Made by a program: the position numbers and the translations under genes. 64,000 nucleotides of DNA, taken from positions 682,001 to 746,000 of the forward strand of contig JASANG010000273.1 in the NCBI GenBank assembly GCA_030248215.1. The letters are read 5' to 3'. Below the pieces are notes generated by a model. It was not told the origin of the DNA and ran no database searches. It saw only the letters and a list, made by a program, of their open reading frames with translations. Source of the stretch: Enoplolaimus lenunculus. Its lineage: Eukaryota. Numbering within the stretch: position 1 is the first letter of the stretch; the number at the start of each line of letters is the position of its first letter. Of this stretch, positions 36,097-47,356 are shown one piece after another.

Positions 36097-39000
36097 TATG
36101 ACCGTAACAATGAAACAATTTATTTCAAAGAAATACAAAACGTTTCAATTCAAATCAATGATTACATCACCTACATGAATATAAGTATTCACACGAACAA
36201 TTCTCTGCCAATGGAAATTAGTTTTATCACCGTTCACAATTCAAATTTTGAACTGGATTCATATTTTACGTGAGTGACCCGAGCCGGGTGTAGTCGTATT
36301 GTATTTTGGCAAAAATATATTCTTATGTAGGTAGAAGTTTCTTTTTTATATAAAACAAGCATGGTGAGCGAGAAATTTTTTTAACCTCAAACTTCCAACA
36401 TGAATAGTGCAAGTGTAGCGTCTGCTCCGGTAGCATTTTGCCCTAAATTTCAGCATTTTCGGTTGTGATATTTTGTGTAACGTTTACAAATGGTGAGGGT
36501 TATAAATATGGGACAATTTTCGAGTTTTCAATTCACTGGCTTCCTTAAAAACGAGCTCAAGGACCCATTTTTTTGGCAAAACCACCACAGACTGTCGCTA
36601 AAACTGAGAAATTCAGCATCATTTTGGTTATGTAATTCCGTCTTGGTCTTCGGCCAAATTAGTTGCCCTCCGGATCTGGAAAATTGGTTGATTTCCAGTT
36701 CCGACTTTTTTTTTCACCTTTGGTTTCACCCTGAAACTAAGCATAAAAATGTGCCCCAAAATGTGTTCTGCTGTACCCCCGTTCTTTGTATGCGTACGCG
36801 CTTCTGCCTCCCGTGTCGGTTGATTTCCAGTTCCGACTTTTTTCACCTTTGGTTTCACCCTGAAACTAAGCATAAAAATGTGCCCCAAAATGTGTTCTGC
36901 TGTACCCCCGTTCTTTGTATGCGTACGCGCTTCTGCCTCCCGTGTCGGTTGATTTCCAGTTCCGACTTTTTTCACCTTCGGTTTCACCCTGAAACTAAGC
37001 ATAAAAATGTGCCCCAAAATGTGTTCTGCTGTACCCCCGTTCGTTGTATGCGTACGCGCTTCTGCCTCCCGTGTCTTCTGGTTAAAACTGATGCTCTGAC
37101 CAGTGGCAGCGGAAGCAAATACAAATTGGGACGGTGGTATTAACGCAAGGCAGGGCTACCAATATGGATGAACGTAACTGTGTAAAAAATTTTCATTGGG
37201 TGGAGAAATAATTGAACGAAATCGATTTGAAATGTATTCTCCATTGTGTAGATTTCACTTGCAAGTTGCGGATCTGGAAATTTCTGATGAACGTGACCGT
37301 GCGATATTGAATAGTGAACAAAAAGAACTTCGCGAGCAAATTGAGCGAGATTCCCAAACACAATTTTTAGTGTTAAACCTTAAAACAAAATTTTGGTTTT
37401 GATTTTGTTTACGGGATTGAACCTGAGTTGCCCACCCCTGCATCCGCCAGTGCCGCTTAATACCAGTTGACACTGTTAATATTGCATCAAAAATACGGTG
37501 TTTATTTTTTTAATTTTAGAGTAGATAAGCTGTTAGATGTCAACACAATCATTGGTCTGGTTTCCTATTGGGAGGACAACCCTTACTTATATTTCAAAAG
37601 CAAATCAGCATACAGTGCAGATGTTCAAACGGTTTACAGTAAGTTTTTGAAGACAATTATTTTCACTTCCATGTCAATTCAGCGACCGGGTGGTGACAGT
37701 AGTAAAAATTAAATTAGATTAGAACAGGGGGTACATAACATCTTGGTGTCCCAACAAAAAATTGCGTCCAATCCAACATCAATGCTTGAAGGTCAAGAAA
37801 ATACAGGATCGCATGACTGCGACCCTGAAAATCCTGCCGCCACAGCAATCAATGTAAAGCATTTCTTTTTGCTTCATTTTTGACCACAACCGGAAGAGTT
37901 AAAATATTTTCTATTAGCCAGCAAAGGGGCAGGTACAGTCACCCCTTTAAAAGTGAAATGTCGTTTACACATGTGTAATATTAGAAATAATTTTCAATTT
38001 ACAGCATGTGATCAAACGTTTGTTGTTACTGAACGATCTTCGACTCCATCATTTGGTGGTGACGTTATCGCATTTCCTAAAGTTACTCCCGAAATATTGG
38101 GTTTGCCTTCGCAACAAATTGAGTATACGGATTTCAACGGGATTACATGCAATTATAACATTCAACTTCCAGACTCTGCGGGCAATCCAGAAAACATTGT
38201 GTATTACCTAATAATTGAATATTTCAACTTTTCAACAACAACACCGGCACACCTTTACATTTGTGATACGTCGTATTCTGCGTGTTCCAGCTTTTATGCG
38301 GTGTACGTGATGATTTTATTATATTGTTTTGATTGAAATTGAAAATTTTTTGGCAAACAAAAAATGCATGCGGTCGAATACTAGGTACAGTTGCACTGTT
38401 CACTCACCCACATTTAAAATTAAAGGCTCAAGCTAATGCTTAGGTAAAATGCTTAAACAAATATTTAGTCGTAGGCTTAGTTTTAGCAGTAATCTCTAGC
38501 GTTGGTAAATAAGTTTGAGAACGATTTGTACTATATACCAGTCGTAGTGGGACTACATTTATTGAGCAAAGCTCTAACACACGAAAGAAATTATGGTAAG
38601 ATGCAAATTAGTTATTAACCAACTGTTCATTTATCGGTTTTCGAGGTTTGTAAGCAATTTGCTCCGATTTCTCGCACCCAAAAACCCCTCAGTCACCCTA
38701 ATAATTTTTAAAAGTCCTAATTTTGTCTTGTCAATTAAGCTAATATGCAAATTAGCTATTAACTAACTATTCCGTTACCGGTTTTTAGGGTTTATAGACA
38801 ATTTATACATTCCTGGCACCCCAAAACCCATTATTGTTGAAATTAGAGTGCTTGTAACCCTAATAATTAGTGAAACATTGTAAAACCGCCTAATTTAGGC
38901 TTATAAACTGTGCTAATATGCAAATTATTTATTAGCTAACTACTCAATTATCGGTTTTGGAAGTTTGTAAACAGTCTATTTGGATTCCTCGCAGCCAAAA

Positions 39001-42000
39001 ACCTTTTAATACTGAAATTAGATTGCTTGTAACCCTAATAATTAGTGAAACATTGTAAAACGCCTAATTTAGGCTTATAAACTGTGCTAATATGCAAATT
39101 ATCTATTAGCTAACTACTCAATTATCGGTTTTGGAAGTTTGAAAACAGTCTATTTGGATTCCTCGCAGCCAAAAACCTTTTAATACTGAAGTTAGATTGC
39201 TTGTAACTGTAATAATTAGTGAAATAATGTAGAAAGTCTTAATTTAGGCTTAACTAAATATGCAAATTAGCCTGCAGCTAATAAACCATTTAAAATTTTA
39301 AAATCCCAATGCAAGGTTAACACTTCAAAATAATTGGATTTCAAACAAAAAAAAGTTTGTCAAAATCGGTTCAGCCGTTCCTGAGATTCTTTTCGGACGG
39401 CCAGACGGACGGACGGACATCCACTTTTCGACCTCAGAGTACAAAACATAAAACGCTTCACCAAACTCCGAGCTTCGCTCCGAGTTTCGCTTCGCTCAAT
39501 AAACTGAGTGACATCAAAAATGGTGCTATTTACACGGGATTCATACCTATTTCTTACCTTCCGTTTAATATACGAGAACTTTAAGTAGCTAGGAAACTTT
39601 GAACAACGGTAGTTATGATCTTTAAGAACAGAGTTCCATTCAGTGGGTCGTGGAAGAGAAGACAATTTAAATGCAACTTTTGTAAATGTATTTTTGCTGT
39701 TGTATACTTTCGCTCCCTATTTAGGTACGCTTAGGCGTTGGTATAGGAAAAACGTTTACTGTACTTGCACAAGTCTTTCTCTAAACGTAAATCTTAGTTT
39801 AAACTTTAACTTTACACGTGAAACAAAGTGTGCACAAGTGTTCAACTCTTTGTCAAAATTTTTTGACAATTTCGAAAGAATTTTTGTATTTACGTTTTAG
39901 GTACGATATCGCAAGCAATAACCCGCAACAAGTCCGACAAGTGTTCAGTTGGAACGCTGATGACTCTGCAATAATTACCATAGATATACCTTCGCAAAGA
40001 GAACCAGGGCTCGGATTAAAAGCGAGAATATCTGCAAGTAAAAGACATATTGAATCTAAAAACTTATGCGTCGTTTACTTAAACTCGTGTATATACCCAG
40101 TGTGGAGAAATGCACGAGGTATACGCGAGGACTTTTCGCTATTTTCAAAAAAACGAAGTAATGCTGGTTAAATTTGTTTTGATATTTTGAAATTTAAAAG
40201 TTCAAAAGACAACTAGTATTAAATAATCTAAAATTAGTAGTCGTAATTGGCGTTTTTTCTTGTAAAAGTCAGTTTTATCTCATGCCGTAGAGCTGTAAGT
40301 CATGCTCACATCGTCGACTACAATAACAACTACAAACTAATCTACTCTGATTTATGCATAACATAAATAATTATAACAAAACAACTTTTTCAGTAGGCTG
40401 CACAAAAATGCAATACAGGCCCGTAGCCAGCTTACCTTGCTAGATGACTAAATATTCTAAAGGAGGGGCATACAACTGTTTTCGCTGACTAACAAGCAAG
40501 GTGAAAATTTTTTAAAGAGGCAGAAATTTTTCTGAGTTTGCTGAGCCCATCTGGCCCGCCTCGGCTACGGGTCCGATGCAATATAAATGAAAAGGATCGA
40601 TTCTTGAATTTGCTACGTTTGTCCCCGGTGCGAGCTAAGAAAATTAACCAACGTAGCCAAAGACAAGTGTAGTCAATAAAAATTCCATTAAGAACATAAA
40701 AAAGCCCAAAGCCGTTCTACACAGTTACAACTTTATGCAAGAGCAACGTTGCAGCTCCTTCTTTTATATATATGGTTCGCGCTTCTTAAGTGCGTATTTT
40801 CAGTTTAGTTTGCATGTTGGTACTCAAGTAATAGCAGACCTATTTCGTTTAAATTTCGTACACTGGTACACTGGTCCGTCGAAAATGTCTCTGCCATAGG
40901 ATTTGCCAAAAGAGCGTGGCCTTCAATAGTTACGCTCAAAAAACTCCTTACAGAAAGTGCACAAAATTTTCCATTTTGGTTCAGCACTTTTTGCCCGTTA
41001 GCTATGTAATTTTACGGTTATAACTTTCACCACTTTATAGAGCTTGCGGTTGGTTTCATCCCAATGGTTGGTTTCACCCCAACAGTCGGTTTCATGTCAC
41101 TCACTCGTTACCATACGTGCACTCGGCAAACGAAATGTCCCCTCGAAAAAGAAATTCAATAGCTTGTCCCAGAAAGTGCACAAAATTTTTCATTTTGGTT
41201 CAGCACTTTTTACCCGTTAGCTATGTAATTTTACGGTTATAACTTTCACCACTTTATAGAGCTTGCGGTTGGTTTCATCCCAACGGTTGGTTTCACCCCA
41301 ACAGTCGGTTTCATGTCACTCACTCGTTACCATACGAGCACTCGGTAAACGAAATGTTCCCTCGCAAAAGAAATTCAATAGCTTGTCCGGCTTATGTTTT
41401 ATCGAAACCCTTCATTTTCCAACGGTATCACCGTCATTCGTGGACATCATCGAGTTTCACGAAAACTCTATCCGGACAAGACTCTGTTTTGCAGTGACAC
41501 TGTCTAGGATATTGAAATGTTGAAAAAACAGTGTAGTGGGCAATAATTTTGGCGGAAAAATTCGAATTTTGGCGGTAAATTCAAATTTAGGCGGGAAAAT
41601 TCAAATTTTTGCGGGAATATCAAATTTTGGTGAAAAAATTCAAATTTTGTGGGGAAGTTCAAATTTTGGCGGGAAAATTCAAATTTTGGCGCGAAATTCA
41701 AATTTTGGCGGCAAATTCAAATTTAGGCTTGAAAATTCAAATTTCGGCGGCAAATTCACATTTTGGAGGGAAAATTCAAGTTTTGGCGGCAAATTCAAAT
41801 TTTGGCGAGAAAAATCAATTTTTGGTGGTAAATTCAAATTTTGGCGGGAAAATTCAAAGTTTAGCGCAAAATTCAAATTTTGGCGGGAAAATTCAAATTT
41901 TGGGGGCAAAATTCAAATCTTGGCGGCAAAATTCAAATTTTGGCAGAAAATTCAAATTTTGGCGGAAAATTCAAATTTTGGCTGGAAAATTTAAATTTTG

Positions 42001-45000
42001 GTAGGAAATACAAATATTGGCGGGAAAATTCAAATTTTGGCGGGAAATTCAAATTTCGACGCAAAATTCAAATTCTGGCGGGAAATGTTGGCGAACTTGC
42101 AAAAAGGAACAAAATTACGCAGTAAATTAATTACCTTATTTAGCGCTTTCCGGCGACACCTTTTAGACTGTAACGACAAAATCCGACAATTCACGCAACT
42201 CTATATTTAATATTAACATAATGCGCAAACAGTATACAAAATGTCCGTCAATGCAATAAACTCTATGCGGACATTTTATATTTAGAGATAAAATTTCCGC
42301 ACACAGTTACGCAATAACAGTATAGCTAGCCTTTTTCAAATAGTATAGAAGGACGACGGATGTGCCGAGTGCACGTATGGTAACGTGTGAGCGACATCAC
42401 CCCAACGGTTGGTTTCACTAAAACAGTCGGTTTCACCCCAACGGTTGGTTTCACCCCAACAGTCGGTTTCACCCCAACGGTTGGTTTCACCCCAACAGTC
42501 GGTTTCACCCCAACGGTTGGTTTCACCCCAACGGTTGGTTTCACCCCAACGGTTGGTTTCACCCCAACGGTTGGTTGCACCCCAACGGTTGGTTTCACCC
42601 CAACGGTTGGTTTCACCCCAACGGTTGGTTTCACCCCAACGGTTGGTTTCACCCCAACGGTTGGTTTCTCCCCAACGGTTGGTTTCACCCCAACGGTTTG
42701 TTTCACCCCAACGGTTGGTTTCACCCCAACGGTTGGTTTCTCCCCAACGGTTTGTTTCACCCCAACGGTTGGTTTCACCCCAACGGTTGGTTTCTCCCCA
42801 ACGGTTGGTTTCACCCCAATGGTTGGTTTCACCCCAACGGTTGGTTTCACCCAACGGTTGGTTTCACCCCAACGGTTGGTTTCACCCAAACGGTCGGTTT
42901 CACCCAACCGTCGGCTTCACTCCGACAGTCGGTTTCACCCCAACAGACGGTTTCACCCCAACGGTTGGTTTCAACCCAACGGGTGGTTTCACTCCAACGG
43001 TTGGTTTCACCCCAACGGTTGGTTTCACCCCAACGGTTGGTTTCAACCCAACGATTGGTTTCACCCCAACGGTTGGTTTCACCCCAACAGTCGGTTTCAC
43101 CCCAACGGTTGGTTTCACCCCAACGGTTGGTTTCACCCCAACGGTTGGTTTCACCCCAACGGTTGGTTTCACCCCAACGGTTGGTTTCACCCCAACGGTT
43201 TGTTTCACCCCAACGGTTGGTTTCACCCCAACGGTTGGTTTCTCCCCAACGGTTGGTTTCACCCCAATGGTTGGTTTCACCCCAACGGTTGGTTTCACTC
43301 CAACGGTTGGTTTTACCCCAACGGTTGGTTTCACCCCAATGGTTGGTTTTGCCCCAACGGTTGGTTTCACCCCAACGGTGGGTTTCACCCAACGGTGGGT
43401 TTCAGCCAACGGTTGGTTTCACCCAACGGTTGGTTTCACCCCAATGGTTGGTTTCACCCCAACGGTTGGTTTCACTGCAACGGTTGGTTTTACCCCAACG
43501 GTTGGTTTCACCCCAACGGTTGGTTTCACCCCAACGGTTGGTTTCACCCCAACGGTTGGTTTCACCCCAACGGTTGGTTTCACCCCAACGGTTGGTTTCA
43601 GCCCAACGGTTGGTTTCACCCCAACGGTTGGTTTCACCCAAACGGTCGGTTTCACCCAACCGTCGGTTTCACTCCGACAGTCGGTTTCACCCCAACAGAC
43701 GGTTTCACCCCAACGGTTGGTTTCAACCCAACGGTTGGTTTCAACCCAACGGGTGGTTTCACTCCAACGGTTGGTTTCACCCCAACGGTTGGTTTCACCC
43801 CAACGGTTGGTTTCACCCCAACGGTTGGTTTCACCCCAACGGTTGGTTTCACCCCAACGGTTGGTTTCACCCCAACGGTTGGTTTCACTCCAACGGTTGG
43901 TTCACCCCAACGGTTGGTGTCACCCCAACAGTCGGTTTCACCCCAACGGTTGGTTTCACCTCAACAGTCAGTTTCACCCCAACGGTTGGTTTCAACCAGA
44001 CGGTTGGTTTCACCCCAGCGGTTGGTTCCCTACGGTTGGTTTCACCGCAATGGTTAACTTGATCCCAACGGTTGGTTTCATCCGCACGGTTGGTTTCACC
44101 CCAACGATTGATTTCACTCAACGGTTGGTTCACCCCAACGGTTGGTTTCACCCCAACAGTCGGTTTCACCCCAACGGTTGGTTTCACCTCAACAGTCAGT
44201 TTCACCCCAACGGTTGGTTCACCAAAACGGTTGGTTTCACCCCAACGGTTGGTTTCACCCCAACGGTTGGTTTCACCCCAACGGTTGGTTTACCCCAACG
44301 AACAATGTCACGCCGTGGTTTGTTTCGCCCCAATGCTTGGTTTTATACAAATACGTTGGTTAGGTGCTTGTTGTCAGGATAAGTTTCTGTCATGCAAACG
44401 ATTTATTGAAACTCCGTATTTAGTTTAAACAGTCTTCTCATTTTTCATTGTTCAGATTGATGGTCTAATCAGCAGCTTGGTAAAGCGGTTGAAACTAGAA
44501 AAAATTACTCAGCACTTGATGAGCATGGAATATGCTTCATATTCCTATGAAAAGGACAGTAACTAGACCAGCACATTCGTTCGATGTAACCTGGAAAAAT
44601 ATTAAGAAAAAATGGCGTCCAAAATTATGTTGACTATTAATTCTTCTGAAACATATTGCAGATAGCAAAAATTCTGTAATTTCCTTTTTATAAGAAACAA
44701 ACGTTTTGCTTTAAATGTGTATTGAAGTTTTCTACAAGAACAAACATTAACATAGTTAATTGAATTTCATAAGAACACTGTGCGACATAATTGCTGAGTT
44801 TGAGTATTGATGACCAATTTTGTTAGATACTTTCTTAAACAAGGCGTTGTCACAAAATGACTCGCAATTGATGCTTTAAAAACGACTCTTGACTTTAGCC
44901 GACTTTTAACCTTAGCGACAACCAAACAAGTTTACAGGTAGAAATCTATAAATGCGCATTTCCCTACCGAGTTATTTGTTTCACTGCGTAGTCACGACTA

Positions 45001-47323
45001 GAGGCTCAAAATTCTCACCGTATTCTGGCAGCATCGACTAATCTGGCAAAAGCAAAAATCACTATAATTCAGCCATGTCTCTGTAACCCTGCCATTATCT
45101 AAGAAATTTCTTAAAATGTCTAATAAATTTGCCAAAAATTTTCAACATAGAAATAGATTTGCTTTCCACAATATGTTTCCGAAGAATTAATAGTCAACAT
45201 GATTTTGGACGCCATTTTTTCTTAATATTTTTCCAGGTTACATCGAACGAATGTGCTGGTCTAGTTACTGTCCTTTTCATAGGAATATGAAGCATATTCC
45301 ATGCTGCTCAAGTGCTGAGCAATTTTTTCTAGTATTTTAATATATTGTACAAATTAGTCGATCTCAAATAAAGTGCAAAGGCTTGTGCCGGACGCCATTG
45401 ATCGGCGCTGGTTTTTCGAGCTCTGTCCAATCCTTTCCTATGTATGTAGGCCCCGTATTTTCAAATGTGTGTAGCACCTATCACCAGTTGGCGATAGGAA
45501 CTTTTGAGCCAGTGACTGCTAAGGCTCAAAATTTAGCACATATTTCGCACATGATTTGCTTTTCCCTGCACAAATTTTGAGTTCAACAATTCAATAGGTA
45601 GTGAGTTTAAAAACCGATCGCTAACTGATGATAGTTGTTATACATACCCTTTGATCCAAGCTTTTTCTACGAATGCGCAATACTAGCGGTTGTACTAAAT
45701 GTCTCGATCGCTTAGGGCTTAACATTTACGTCTGTAAATTTTTTGAGCGACTATGATATAAGTATGTTGACCGCAGTCATAGAGCATAATGAACAGTACC
45801 ACCTGCACCGTTCCTGCACGTTGTAACACTGCAGTCATTTGTAAATATCTGCCCAACGCATTCTGATCGAATGTCGCTCGTAATTGAACCTTTTAAGGTT
45901 TTGTACACTTCCCCTACAATTAAGGATAAAGCTTTATTAGGCTCAACTTAATAGGTTTAGGTTAAGGTAAAGTCTTAGGCTTACGTATACGCAGCCCTTT
46001 TTTAATGTACGACCCAGCCCAAGCGTGCGGATACGGGAGTCAACAAGAACCACTATTTGAGCTGTTGTTTTATTGTCACTGGATTGCAATTGCAATGAAT
46101 TTTACGTTTTAACCAGGAGCGTAGCCTGGAAATTCCGGCGTCAAATGCTCTCTTTGGGAATTTTTGTACTCGGGGATTTAACTGTATCCTCCCCACATTT
46201 GAAATTTTTATAGAACGTAACTCTCTTTTCTGACATGCTAATTATGACAACTATTTTAGCGTATGATGATTACAATCCACCGACAGATCCGCCTTACACA
46301 CCGGATCCACCACCTTTTCCAGACGACTCTAGCAGCGGCTTTCCGGTTTGGGCTATAATTATGATTTCTGTTATTAGCACAGTGTTGTCAGTGTGTCTCA
46401 TCGGAATGCGAATTTGTATCATAACAGGGCGCGTTCATGAAAGACGTGCGGCTACGCAACAACGACAACAACGGCTACGCGCTGCATATAGTAAGTTTTG
46501 TTAAATTTTATTAATTTAAAAACTTTTGAAAAGTGAAATGTTGTACGCTTTCCATATCAATATTTTTTATTTCATCTGTGATCTAATTTAACGCTTGAAA
46601 CGCGGGAGCTGTCGAGTGAAAGCGTTCACTATTACTACTCAGCTATAAGAAATTGCCGTTCAAGCACGAGGGAACTTCGCGTCGTGTAAAGATTTCAAGT
46701 GGTTCATACGCATAATAAGTGTTACAAGCTGTACATTGTGTATTTATTCATTGAGTGTAGACAGTTTGCACTAAGTTGCTCATAATGTACAATATTGGGA
46801 AAAGGTTTACTGCAGCGGAGCACAGCACAGCATTGCGTGAAATCAAAGAGACCATAACCCTGTTAGTGATTTTTAAGAAAACTATTTCACTCAAGGAAAG
46901 TTTGCAGTCAAATAATAATTTTAACGCAATCTATACGAACATCTGATTGGTCCGGCGATCGTCAACGGAGTCCTGGCTACGACCATTCAAAACAATTTTA
47001 CAGGAGCGATGCAGATTTTCGCAAGACAGAATACTTGCAATTCTGTAGAACAAAAGTTGTAACTGGGGGAGTAAAAGATCTCTGCTGCAGCGGGTGGACT
47101 TCACAATCTTTCTAGCCCGTTCTTCGGTAGTTGAAGCTCTGTTAAAAATAAAGTTTAATGTTGAATAGCATCATGGATGGGCGATTTTGGTTCGTTTGGA
47201 ATGGAAGAATTGTGCTTGCAGTTTGCAAAACCAAATTTCGTACCACCAAGATATCACGACAAGCATGCTGATTTTAGGAACAGGCCGCAGACCGATTCCA
47301 ATACCAGCACCACCAATCGCAAG

Positions 47324-47356
<33 letters not shown>

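Noticed and set aside
35858..36178. PolyQ ORF in exon 12
   Set aside because: Wrong frame for the flanking splice phases; the Thr-rich frame is the one that joins exons 11 and 13.
36490..37143. 217-aa Cys-rich repetitive ORF
   Set aside because: Product of the 129-bp tandem repeat, open on both strands, with no splice support.
41504..44428. ORFs with FHPNGW, VGFTPT or KFKFWR repeats
   Set aside because: Translations of 18-bp and 19-20-bp satellites inside intron 15.
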